Shown here: positions 28,513-37,418 of the stretch, one piece after another
How positions within the stretch are numbered: position 1 is the stretch's first letter
How the letters are laid out: the number at the start of each line of letters is the position of its first letter
IMG/VR virus record: IMGVR_UViG_3300042892_004016
Span: 32,001-96,000 of that record
DNA: 64,000 bases
Origin: a virus
Direction: 5' to 3' (one strand)
Made by a program: the position numbers and the translations under genes
Notes under the pieces: model-generated
What the model was told of the DNA's origin: nothing
What the model saw: the letters and a program-made list of their open reading frames with translations, nothing else
Databases searched by the model: none

Positions 28513-28518
28513 TAAATA
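28513..28518 (+). promoter_or_regulatory. Putative late promoter (AC)TAAATA for the core-protease-scaffold-capsid operon
   Basis: Just after the terminator; followed by SD AGGAG. Confidence 0.7.
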
Positions 28519-28553
28519 ATTTCACGAAGCCATTTCTATAGGAGAACTTTACA

Positions 28554-29351
28554 ATGGATAACAAAAAATTTGAACAACTGATCGACTTGATCATCAATGA
28601 AAATGAAGACCAAGCTCGTGCTCTATTTCACGATATCGTCGTTGAAAAGTCAAGAGAAATTTATGAATCAATGATGTATGCTGATGAAGGCATGAATCCA
28701 GAAGGCGGTCAAATTGGTGACCTACTGGACGAAATTGACGTAGAACAAACCCAAGGCGTTACCGAAGAAGATGACGAATTTGATGACATCGAAATGGCCG
28801 GCGACGAAGACATGGGCGACGACATGGGCGACGAAGACATGGGCGACGAAGAAGAAGAATTAGAAGACCGCGTTGTTGATTTAGAAGACAAGCTGGACCA
28901 GTTAATGGCTGAGTTTGAAGAACTAATGGGCAGCGACGAAGAAGACATGGGCAGCGACGAAGACATGGGCGACGACATGGGCGATGAAGACATGGGCGAC
29001 GAAGAAATGATGGAAGCATCTGACGACGAAGACCAATTGGCTGAGTCAGTTCAACTGCAAAAAGTAGCCACTGCTAAAATGGGCGATGACGGTGCAAACT
29101 CCAAGAGTGTAGCATTGAGCAAGCCAAAGCTAGTACAGACTGGTGCTAAATCAGTTAACTTTAGTCAAGGTGACGAAAAGGGCCGCACAGCTCCAACAAC
29201 ACAAACAGTTAAAGGCGACTTTAAAAATGCAGTAGGCATCAAAGGTGCAAAAACAGAAACAGCACCAAAGCCGCACACAGCACAAGCAACTGGTGTCAAC
29301 ACCAAGAGTCCAATGGCTGAGTCAAAAAAGTCAACAAAAGTAAGTAAGTAA
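28554..29351 (+). CDS. Acidic prohead core/scaffold-type protein (gp67/68 position; 265 aa)
   Basis: Very acidic N-terminal half, basic C-terminal half; directly upstream of prohead protease. Confidence 0.65.
   Translation: MDNKKFEQLIDLIINENEDQARALFHDIVVEKSREIYESMMYADEGMNPEGGQIGDLLDEIDVEQTQGVTEEDDEFDDIEMAGDEDMGDDMGDEDMGDEEEELEDRVVDLEDKLDQLMAEFEELMGSDEEDMGSDEDMGDDMGDEDMGDEEMMEASDDEDQLAESVQLQKVATAKMGDDGANSKSVALSKPKLVQTGAKSVNFSQGDEKGRTAPTTQTVKGDFKNAVGIKGAKTETAPKPHTAQATGVNTKSPMAESKKSTKVSK
28801..29006 (+). repeat. Two 53-bp direct repeats (28801-28853, 28954-29006) built from GACATGGGCGAC units, encoding DEDMGDDMGDEDMGDEE
   Basis: Copies differ at one position (GAC/GAT). Confidence 0.9.
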
Positions 29352-29367
29352 GAAAGTCCGAGACCAA

Positions 29368-30018
29368 ATGGCTTTGTATCTCAAAGAACACTTAACATTC
29401 GACCGCGCTAACATGGTGGTCGAAAGCGTTAAGGAATCTGACGGCGAACTAAAGACCCTTTACATGAAGGGTATTTTCATTCAGGGCGGGGTTAAAAACG
29501 CAAATGAGCGCGTTTACCCTGTTTCTGAAATTGAAAGCGCAGTTGGAACGTTAAACGAACAAATCAAAGATGGTTACAGCGTGTTGGGTGAAGTTGATCA
29601 TCCAGACGATCTTAAAATCAATTTAGACCGCGTATCACACATGATTACAAATATGTGGATGGACGGTCCTAATGGTTTTGGAAAACTAAAAATTTTACCA
29701 ACTCCCATGGGTCATTTAGTACAGACCATGCTGGAGAGTGGTGTCAAACTAGGCGTAAGCAGCAGAGGTAGCGGAAACGTTAACGATGGTGATGGCCGTG
29801 TCAGTGACTTTGAAATAGTCACTGTGGATATTGTCGCACAACCTAGCGCACCTAACGCATATCCCAAAGCAATCTATGAAGGCATGATGAACTTGAAGCA
29901 TGGACATAGACTGTTGGACATTGCAAAAGATGCAAGTAGCGATAAAAAAGTACAGAGGTTCTTAAAAGACGAAGTAATTCGCCTTATTAATGATCTCAAG
30001 ATTAAAGGGAAAAAATAA
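29368..30018 (+). CDS. gp21: Prohead core protease
   Basis: GIFIQ..VKNANERVYP, LGE.DHP, INLDRVSH.I, GVSSRG.G, D.V..PSAP.A motifs. Confidence 0.95.
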   Translation: MALYLKEHLTFDRANMVVESVKESDGELKTLYMKGIFIQGGVKNANERVYPVSEIESAVGTLNEQIKDGYSVLGEVDHPDDLKINLDRVSHMITNMWMDGPNGFGKLKILPTPMGHLVQTMLESGVKLGVSSRGSGNVNDGDGRVSDFEIVTVDIVAQPSAPNAYPKAIYEGMMNLKHGHRLLDIAKDASSDKKVQRFLKDEVIRLINDLKIKGKK

Positions 30019-31121
30019 TGACTTTAGAAATCATTAAACCATTACTTGAGAGTGGAATCATCAACGAAGAAACCAGCGTCGCCATAAACGAAGCTTGGGA
30101 ATCCAAGTTAAATGAAGCTCGTGAGCAAGTACGTGCAGAACTCAGAGAAGAATTTGCACAGCGTTATGAACATGACAAAGATGTAATGGTGGAAGCCCTA
30201 GACAAGATGGTCACTGCAAGTCTATCAACTGAAATTGAAGAATTTCAATCAGAAAGACAAGCGATGAATGAAGACCGTGTTAAAGCCCAACTAAAATTGC
30301 GCGAAAGTGCCAGCAAGTTCAATGAATTCATGGTAACAAAATTATCAGAAGAAATCAGAGAACTACGTGGTGATCGCAAAATGCAAAATGAAGGTCAACA
30401 AAAGCTTGAGCAATTTATTGTTCATGCTCTTGCCCGTGAAATTAAAGAATTTGCGGAAGACAAGCAAGCAGTAGTTGAAGCTAAGGTCAAATTAGTAGCA
30501 GAAGGTCGTAAGCAATTGGTAGCACTGAAACAGAAGTTTGTTACAGAAAGCGCCAAGCGTATGAATGATGTTGTTACTAGTCATCTTAAAGGGGAAATGA
30601 GTCAATTGAAAGAAGATATCAAAACTGCTCGTGAGAACAGCTTTGGTAGAAAAATCTTCGAAGCGTATGCAACCGAATTTAGCGTTACTCACTTAAATGA
30701 GAAAGCTGAAACTCGTACATTGCTGTCACAGTTAGAAGAAAAAGATCGTCAATTGGCAGAATCCATCAACTCAATCAATGAAACAAAACAATTGGTTGAG
30801 AGCAAAGAACGTGAAGTTCGTGTTATTAAAGAATCCAATCTACGTGAAAAGACCATGAGCGAACTGCTCGGAACTCTTAATCAAGAGAAAGGCACTTTAA
30901 TGCGCAACTTACTAGAAAGCGTCCAGACCCCGCGTCTTCAGACTGCTTTCGACAAGTATCTCCCAGCAGTTCTTAACAACGCCCCAGATAAAGCTGTTAG
31001 CACTAAGGTTTTAAATGAAAGCGTAAAAGAAGTAACCGGGAACAAAGCTGCAATCAAACAAAAAGTTGATGCTGACCAACGTGATAACGTTATCGATATC
31101 AAACGTTTGGCAGGGCTTTAA
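30018..31121 (+). CDS. gp22: Prohead scaffolding protein (coiled coil; 367 aa)
   Basis: Glu/Lys-rich coiled coil, GRKIFEA motif, between gp21 and gp23; C-terminal IKRLAGL. Confidence 0.8.
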   Translation: MTLEIIKPLLESGIINEETSVAINEAWESKLNEAREQVRAELREEFAQRYEHDKDVMVEALDKMVTASLSTEIEEFQSERQAMNEDRVKAQLKLRESASKFNEFMVTKLSEEIRELRGDRKMQNEGQQKLEQFIVHALAREIKEFAEDKQAVVEAKVKLVAEGRKQLVALKQKFVTESAKRMNDVVTSHLKGEMSQLKEDIKTARENSFGRKIFEAYATEFSVTHLNEKAETRTLLSQLEEKDRQLAESINSINETKQLVESKEREVRVIKESNLREKTMSELLGTLNQEKGTLMRNLLESVQTPRLQTAFDKYLPAVLNNAPDKAVSTKVLNESVKEVTGNKAAIKQKVDADQRDNVIDIKRLAGL

Positions 31122-31152
31122 TTAATAGACATACGAATTAGGAGAAATATTT

Positions 31153-32349
31153 ATGTCACAAGTACTCTTAGAAGGCCGTTGGGACGAAACCAAAGAAGCT
31201 CTGTTAGAAGGCTTAAAAGGTAATCGTCGTTCAACAATGGGTGTTATTTTAGAAAATACCCGTAAAAATTTATTACGTGAATCAAGTGCTGGCACAACTA
31301 CTGCTGGTAACATCGCAACACTTAACCGTGTTATTCTGCCTGTTATCCGTCGTGTAATGCCAACAGTTATCGCTAACGAACTAGTCGGCGTTCAGCCAAT
31401 GACTGGTCCAGTTGGACAGATCCACACACTACGTGTACGTTACGCACAAAGCATGACTGACAGTTCAGCAGCAGCTACTTCTATCACCGCTGGTGAAGAA
31501 GCACTGAGCCCATTCAAGATTGCACAAGCATATTCACGTACACCACAAGGCGCATCATCCGCAACCGGTTATACTGGTAACGATACTGCTGCTCTTGAAG
31601 GCAATGGCGGTAAACAGATCAGCGTACAAATCCTACGTCAAGCTGTTGAAGCTAAGTCACGCAAGCTACAAGCTCGCTGGACATTTGAAGCTGCACAAGA
31701 CGCTCAATCACAACACGGTATTGACGTTGAAGCAGAAATCATGGCCGCACTAGCACAAGAAATTACTGCTGAAATCGACCAAGAGATCCTCTTGAGCCTA
31801 CGTACATTAGCTACAACTGAAGAAACCTTCAACCAAGCTACTGTTAGTGGTACAGCTACATACGTTGGTGACGAGCACGCTGCTTTAGCTGTTCTGATCA
31901 ATCGTGTTGCTAACAAAATCGCTCAACGCACTCGTCGTGGCGCAGGTAACTGGGCAGTTGTTAGCTCAGCAGCATTGACTGTTCTTCAGTCAGCAACAAC
32001 ATCAGCTTTTGCACGTACCACAGAAGGTACATTTGAAGCACCTACAAACACCAAGTTTGTTGGTACATTGAATGGTGCAATGCGCGTGTTCGTTGACTCA
32101 TATGCTCCTGACACTACACCTGTATTGGTTGGTTACAAAGGTTCAAGTGAGACAGACGCAGCAGCATTCTATTGCCCATACATTCCATTGATGAGCAGTG
32201 GTGTTGTTCTGGATCCATCAACCTTCGAACCAGTCGTTAGCTTCATGACTCGCTATGGTTATATCGAGTTAACTAACACTGCCAGTTCGTTTGGTAATGC
32301 AGCCGATTACGTTGGTGAAATCGGAATCAGCAATCTTACATTCCAATAA
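31153..32349 (+). CDS. gp23: Major capsid protein (398 aa)
   Basis: RRVMP..IA.ELVGVQPMTGP.GQI..LR, VEAKSRKL.A.WT.E.AQD....HG.D.EAE, FYCPYIPL, TRYG motifs; strong SD AGGAG. Confidence 0.97.
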   Translation: MSQVLLEGRWDETKEALLEGLKGNRRSTMGVILENTRKNLLRESSAGTTTAGNIATLNRVILPVIRRVMPTVIANELVGVQPMTGPVGQIHTLRVRYAQSMTDSSAAATSITAGEEALSPFKIAQAYSRTPQGASSATGYTGNDTAALEGNGGKQISVQILRQAVEAKSRKLQARWTFEAAQDAQSQHGIDVEAEIMAALAQEITAEIDQEILLSLRTLATTEETFNQATVSGTATYVGDEHAALAVLINRVANKIAQRTRRGAGNWAVVSSAALTVLQSATTSAFARTTEGTFEAPTNTKFVGTLNGAMRVFVDSYAPDTTPVLVGYKGSSETDAAAFYCPYIPLMSSGVVLDPSTFEPVVSFMTRYGYIELTNTASSFGNAADYVGEIGISNLTFQ

Positions 32350-32380
32350 TCTTATTGGTTGTACTATTGATGAAACAAGA

Positions 32381-32407
32381 AAAAGAGCACTTCGGTGCTC
32401 TTTTTTT
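32381..32407 (+). terminator. Intrinsic terminator with cUUCGg tetraloop
   Basis: AAAAGAGCAC-TTCG-GTGCTCTTTTTTT after gp23. Confidence 0.9.
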
Positions 32408-32443
32408 GGGCTAAATTTATTTTCGTAATGCAGCAGAATATGA

Positions 32444-32449
32444 TAAATA
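32444..32449 (+). promoter_or_regulatory. Putative late promoter (GA)TAAATA, 5 nt before ATG 32455
   Basis: TAAATA-actgt-ATG. Confidence 0.65.
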
Positions 32450-32454
32450 ACTGT

Positions 32455-33261
32455 ATGAAACATTTTATATACAAAACTACCCATATTAATGGCAAGTACT
32501 ACATTGGGAGACATAGTACAGTCAACATAGATGACGGTTATATTGGCTCAGGTAAATGGCCTAAATCAATTAAGGACAAATCCGAATTGACCCGTGAAAT
32601 TTTAGAATATGCGCCTGATGAAGCTACACTAAAATTAAAGGAAGCACTGTATTTGGCTGAGCATTACGGTAAACCACAGTGCATGAATCTTACGCTTGAT
32701 CCAATTGGATTTGACAGTGTAACTAACCCTATGAAAAATCCTGAAATTACTGCCAAAATTAGTGGAGAGAACCATTGGTCTAATGTTGATCCAGAAAAAT
32801 TCAAAGAGGCGTTTGCAGGCGACAATCATTGGCTGAATAAAAATCCCACTCGTAGAGAAGAATTCATAAAGAACCATCCAAACAAAGATGGTAGAAACGC
32901 AAAGTTAGCGTATGCCAGAGGAACGCACAACAGCATAGCAAACAATCCCAGTACAGTAAATGCGGCCAACGGAACACACCATTGGCAGAATGGAAAAAGC
33001 CCCAACTACCAGGGCAAGCTAAACAAAAAACTGGTCAAAGAAGGCGTCCATAATTTTTTGGGACCTGAACTCAATCAAAAACGAATTGATGAGGGTACGC
33101 ATAATTTTGTTGGATCAGCAGCAAACTTAAAGATGTTAGCAGAGGGCAAGCATCCATCGCAGAAGAAACAAACATGTGAGCACTGTAGCAAAACAACCAG
33201 TGCAGGCATGTACACCAGATGGCACGGTGCCAAATGTAAGAACAACCAGGAATCCCAATGA
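32455..33261 (+). mobile_element. Free-standing GIY-YIG (Seg-like) homing endonuclease gene (268 aa from ATG 32455)
   Basis: FIYKTT...GKYYIGRHST...DDGYIGSG catalytic domain; repeated G.H(N/H/P)/G.NHW units; C-terminal CEHC...RWH..KC zinc finger. The ORF-track start 32395 lies inside the terminator. Confidence 0.85.
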
Positions 33262-33566
33262 AAGAACTAAAACAAAACGAAGTGGTAGAAGTATTACCAG
33301 ATGGAACTGTGTATTATTTTGATTTGGATGTGTGTAATAATGCAGCAGAGCAAGCAATGGAAAAGCTACTTGAACTGGAGGGTGTAGAACCCAATTTTGA
33401 TTTTACTGCCAGTGTATTTCATTTGTTCGTGGAAGCAATTTACATTTTGACTAATTCGGGCTGGTCTACCGAAGAATTGTTAACTGAAGTATTGACTCAC
33501 AGTGATGCCAACGATAACATTACACTTGAGTTTGACGATCAGGAAGAAGACGATGAGGACGACTAA
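33258..33566 (+). CDS. Hypothetical acidic protein (102 aa)
   Basis: ATGA overlap with endonuclease stop; SD AGGA. Confidence 0.7.
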   Translation: MKELKQNEVVEVLPDGTVYYFDLDVCNNAAEQAMEKLLELEGVEPNFDFTASVFHLFVEAIYILTNSGWSTEELLTEVLTHSDANDNITLEFDDQEEDDEDD

Positions 33567-33568
33567 TC

Positions 33569-34150
33569 ATGAAGATAAATGAAATTGAGTTGATTGGTTC
33601 ACAAAACTTCCCAGTTGAAGCAGTTGAACTGTGGCTGGATAAGTCTAGTCCAAAGGGTATGCTAGAAAATTTTGTAGTCAATTATGTTGAATATCAAGAT
33701 CAACGCGGAGTTATTTTAACTGACGCTGATAATAAGATTGCAGCGTATGCTGGATTCGCTAGTAGGCTCAATGGAAAAGTATGGCAAGCACAAAATGCAG
33801 TGACATACGCACCCTATCAAGGCCAAGCTCTAGTTGGCAAAATTTATAAAATGGTTAAAGAAGAATTTAAAGTATCCATACAAAGTGATACCCAACAAAC
33901 TGCTAGTGGTATGAAATTGTGGACTAAGACTTTGCCCAGTCTGGGCATGAAGCCAATGATATTTGACACAGAAACAGATAGAATAATCAATCCTGCCCAA
34001 ACTAAGATTAATATGTATCCAAAGGGCAACCTAGAAAAGCAGTGGCGCTATACTTGGATTCTGGAACGATTTGACTACTACCCGGAACAAAACTTATTAG
34101 CTGAGGGTTCTCTACTGATGCCGTATGTGGGCATATGGTATAAAGACTAG
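33569..34150 (+). CDS. Hypothetical protein, possible GNAT-like fold (193 aa)
   Basis: PYQGQAL..KIY...IQSDTQQTASG.KLW resembles the acetyl-CoA-binding region of phage GNAT-like proteins; SD GAGG. Confidence 0.5.
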   Translation: MKINEIELIGSQNFPVEAVELWLDKSSPKGMLENFVVNYVEYQDQRGVILTDADNKIAAYAGFASRLNGKVWQAQNAVTYAPYQGQALVGKIYKMVKEEFKVSIQSDTQQTASGMKLWTKTLPSLGMKPMIFDTETDRIINPAQTKINMYPKGNLEKQWRYTWILERFDYYPEQNLLAEGSLLMPYVGIWYKD

Positions 34151-34167
34151 ATTTGTATTATATAGAA

Positions 34168-34173
34168 TAAATA
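34168..34173 (+). promoter_or_regulatory. Putative late promoter (AA)TAAATA, 4 nt before ATG 34178
   Basis: TAAATA-cgat-ATG. Confidence 0.65.
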
Positions 34174-34177
34174 CGAT

Positions 34178-34420
34178 ATGGAAAACATTAACGATCTTAA
34201 AAGAATGTCAGGCATAGTAAATGAATCAAAGTATGGTCAAAAGTTTGATCAGTTTCATGGCCCATTTAAGAATGACGGGAAGAAAGTCCGAGATAAAAAT
34301 TCAAAAGAACTCTGTGAATGTGAAGATACACAAACTGCAAAAGAATTAGCAGCGGTGCTTACAGACATTAAACAATTGCGTGAACTTTGTACAAAAATCA
34401 GTTCACTGCCTAATCGTTAA
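34178..34420 (+). CDS. Hypothetical protein, possible internal head protein (80 aa)
   Basis: Own late promoter; N-terminus INDLKRMSGIVNE resembles the scaffold C-terminus IDIKRLAGL. Confidence 0.65.
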   Translation: MENINDLKRMSGIVNESKYGQKFDQFHGPFKNDGKKVRDKNSKELCECEDTQTAKELAAVLTDIKQLRELCTKISSLPNR

Positions 34421-34449
34421 AAATTCTCAACGGGATGGGAAGACAAACC

Positions 34450-34480
34450 AGCGCACTGTTCGCATAAAGTGCGCTTTTTT
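34450..34480 (+). terminator. Intrinsic terminator
   Basis: AGCGCACT-10 nt-AGTGCGCT-TTTTT. Confidence 0.75.
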
Positions 34481-34513
34481 GTTGGCGCTCAACTGCTGTT
34501 TGTCCAATAATGA

Positions 34514-34519
34514 TAAATA
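34514..34519 (+). promoter_or_regulatory. Putative late promoter (GA)TAAATA for the first fibre operon
   Basis: Upstream of 34549, SD AGGA. Confidence 0.7.
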
Positions 34520-34548
34520 AGTGATAAGAATAACGATTAGGAACATAC

Positions 34549-35208
34549 ATGGCAGCAGACCCATTCAATTCGGCAGGTGGATACACTTACAACATACCTC
34601 CCGTACCGTTTTTAGACAGTACTGGCAATTTAACTGTGGCTAATGCCACAGTTTCAGGTAATATTATCGCCGGCGATACCATAACTGCAACTACGTTTGT
34701 GGGAAACTTGGCGGGTGGATTTTCAATTGACGGCCCCAATACTGGTATCTTATTCAACAACGCAGGCTCTGCTGATCCAATTGGCACAGTAACTTACAGT
34801 GCCAGCACTGACACAGTTACAGTAGCAGGCAACTTGATTGCCAATACGTTTACTATAGGCGCAAACAACAACGAATTCAGCACCAGTCAAGTGGTATTTG
34901 CTACCACGAACAGCAGCGGCGTTAATCAGCAGTTACATTCAGTATTGGCCAGTACGATTTGCAGTATAGAGTACATGGTAATTGCCACAGATGCAATCAG
35001 TAATACCAGACAGACCAGCAAACTGATTGCCAGCGTATTGGGCAGTGATGTTGGATACTATGAATTTGGTACCATTGATATGAACGGTGGAGTGGGTGAC
35101 TTTAAAGTAAATCATGACAATGGTAACATAACATTTACCGTGACCCCTATAACTGCCAATCCAACACAATATAAAATAATGATAACTTCTTATAAAGAAG
35201 GACTATAA
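34549..35208 (+). CDS. Virion structural/fibre protein (219 aa)
   Basis: N-terminal FNS.GG motif and C-terminal SIEY..Q.S.L...YEFG domain shared with 35212 and 42278. Confidence 0.7.
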   Translation: MAADPFNSAGGYTYNIPPVPFLDSTGNLTVANATVSGNIIAGDTITATTFVGNLAGGFSIDGPNTGILFNNAGSADPIGTVTYSASTDTVTVAGNLIANTFTIGANNNEFSTSQVVFATTNSSGVNQQLHSVLASTICSIEYMVIATDAISNTRQTSKLIASVLGSDVGYYEFGTIDMNGGVGDFKVNHDNGNITFTVTPITANPTQYKIMITSYKEGL

Positions 35209-35211
35209 CAC

Positions 35212-37392
35212 ATGTCAATAAAGGCTCTAAATTCGGTAGCAGGATTCTCAGTAGGAGAAAATCCAAACATTGTTATTCTGGCCAATGGCGACATTGTAAC
35301 CAACAACGCCAATTTAACAGGTAACATTTCAACCTATGCAGTACTGAGTGACAACTACCTGTACAGCAATGGTGCTCCCTATGACTTTAGCAATGCTGCA
35401 GGTAACGCAACTGAACTGCAATTCAACACTGCCAATGATTTAGATGCCAGCAACAAACTGACATTTAACAAAACCAGTGGCTTGCTATCAGTAGATGGCA
35501 ACATCTCTGCCAGATATTTTATTGGTAACATAACTGGTAATATATCAGGAAACTTAACAGTACCTGGTGTAAACCAATCTATAATTTATAACAAACTGGG
35601 CAATGCTGGTGGCAGCTCACAGTTTACATTTGATGAAGACACTGGGCTGGTTACGGTTGATGGCAATATCTCCGCATACGATATCACCGCCAGCAATTCA
35701 GTCAGCGCAGTTACACTAGCTGGTTCATTAGTCACTGCACTGCAACCCAATATTACCAGTGTTGGCTTACTATCTAATTTAGCAGTAACTGGCAACATTG
35801 CTGTTGGAAATGCAGTATTGGGCAATCTAGCTAGCGCCAGTTACTTCAGTGGTGATGGATACTTGTTAGCCAATGTTACTGGCGCCAACATCACCGGTGT
35901 TGTAGCTAATGCCACAACCAGCGTAAATGCAACCACAGTAACAGGTGCAACTCAAACTGCAATTACTCAAGTGGGTCAACTTACCACATTGAGTGTACTT
36001 GGCGATGTAACTACTCAAGCCAACATAACAGCCGCCGGCAACGTTCAGGCATTTGACTTGACCACCAGTAACAGTATTACTACTCTGGGTCTGGCTTCAT
36101 CAGACACACTGACCGTAGTTGGATTAGCCAACGTGGGGCAGCTCACCGCTAACACAGTAATTGGCAATCTGATACCAAATGTTGACAACACGTACAGTTT
36201 GGGTAACTCTACTCAAGCTTGGAACAAACTGTATGTGGGCAGTGCAGGCATCCAATTGGGCGATAGCTTAATCACTGATGTAAGTGGCGTACTCACCACT
36301 GGCAACGCCAACATAGTAAGTGCTCTGACTGCTAACAACATAACAGCAACCGGCAATATTACTGCACAGCGTGATGTGTATATTACTGGTAACCTTACAG
36401 TAAGCGGCAGCACAGAATATATTGATGTAACCAACTTAAGCGTAGCTGACCCAATTATATCATTGGGTGGCGCTGCCGAGGGCATGGGCGCACAGGCATA
36501 TGATGGTCTAGATCGCGGGTTATTATTACACAATTACAAGCCTGATGGTTCGGCTGCACAAGATCAATTCTTTGGTTGGAAAACTGCTGATAACGAATTT
36601 ATCGCTGTCAGCAATGTAGCCGCGACTGCCGGTGAAACTATTATTGTAAATGAGTATGCTAACATCAGAGCCAATACTTTTATTGGTAATATTGCAGGAC
36701 AAGTAACTACTGCCAGTCAAACTCAAATAACTCAGTTGGGCATACAGACAACATTAGAAATTGCTGGACTAACCACTGCCAATTCAATCACTGCCAATCT
36801 GTTGACAGTGCATGGTGTAACGTATCCTGTAGCAGACGGATTAACTGGACAAGTACTGACCACTGATGGCAGCGGCAGCTTGTATTTTGACACCCCAGTA
36901 ACATCAGAATTACACAATGGCACCAGTAATGTAAAAGTTGATCTGAATAGTAATGTCACAGTAAGTGTAGCAGGTGTTGCCAATGTGTTAACTGTGACAT
37001 CAGCTGGTGCTGATGTAGCGGGCGCATTTACTGCAGGCACAGTTAGCGCTGCAACCAGTGTACAACTGGGCATCACCAATATTGGTTGGGCAACTGCCAC
37101 TACCAATACTATCAGCCCCAATCAATTGATAGCTCAAATACCCACTGCCTCTGTTAGGGGCGTAGAGTTTTTCATCAAGGGCGAAGATGTGGCGGGTGCT
37201 AAATATAGTGTAGAGACCATAACAGTAGTGCATAATAACAGCACAGTGGATTATTCCAAATATGGAGCAGTAACAGTGGGTGGACTAACAGGGGTATTGA
37301 GTGTAACTTATGCAGATGATAGCATAAATCTGTTGGTATCACCTGGTAGTAGTAATGCAACTGTGTGGACAATGCAGTACAAAACGATTTAA
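35212..37392 (+). CDS. Fibre-like structural protein (726 aa)
   Basis: Thr/Asn/Gly-rich beta repeats, QPNITSVG, YFSGDG.LL.N, DPII.LGG...DRG domain. Confidence 0.75.
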   Translation: MSIKALNSVAGFSVGENPNIVILANGDIVTNNANLTGNISTYAVLSDNYLYSNGAPYDFSNAAGNATELQFNTANDLDASNKLTFNKTSGLLSVDGNISARYFIGNITGNISGNLTVPGVNQSIIYNKLGNAGGSSQFTFDEDTGLVTVDGNISAYDITASNSVSAVTLAGSLVTALQPNITSVGLLSNLAVTGNIAVGNAVLGNLASASYFSGDGYLLANVTGANITGVVANATTSVNATTVTGATQTAITQVGQLTTLSVLGDVTTQANITAAGNVQAFDLTTSNSITTLGLASSDTLTVVGLANVGQLTANTVIGNLIPNVDNTYSLGNSTQAWNKLYVGSAGIQLGDSLITDVSGVLTTGNANIVSALTANNITATGNITAQRDVYITGNLTVSGSTEYIDVTNLSVADPIISLGGAAEGMGAQAYDGLDRGLLLHNYKPDGSAAQDQFFGWKTADNEFIAVSNVAATAGETIIVNEYANIRANTFIGNIAGQVTTASQTQITQLGIQTTLEIAGLTTANSITANLLTVHGVTYPVADGLTGQVLTTDGSGSLYFDTPVTSELHNGTSNVKVDLNSNVTVSVAGVANVLTVTSAGADVAGAFTAGTVSAATSVQLGITNIGWATATTNTISPNQLIAQIPTASVRGVEFFIKGEDVAGAKYSVETITVVHNNSTVDYSKYGAVTVGGLTGVLSVTYADDSINLLVSPGSSNATVWTMQYKTI

Positions 37393-37418
37393 TCACGGCC
37401 GGATAACGAGAACAATAT

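Noticed and set aside
28801-29006. Short tandem repeats as a CRISPR-like array
   Set aside because: In-frame coding repeats without unique spacers.
30004-30020. AAA GGG AAA AAA TAATG at the gp21/gp22 junction as a possible -1 frameshift fusing protease and scaffold
   Set aside because: Not a canonical X XXY YYZ heptamer in frame and no stimulatory hairpin; SD-like AAGGG plus TAATG overlap explains it as translational coupling.
32395-32454. ORF-track N-terminal extension of the GIY-YIG gene
   Set aside because: Starts inside the gp23 terminator; the late promoter and domain start point to ATG 32455.
34421-34449. G-rich CTCAACGGGATGGGAAG motif between ORF 34178 and its terminator
   Set aside because: Stands out in AT-rich intergenic DNA but is single-copy here; no function can be supported without homologues.
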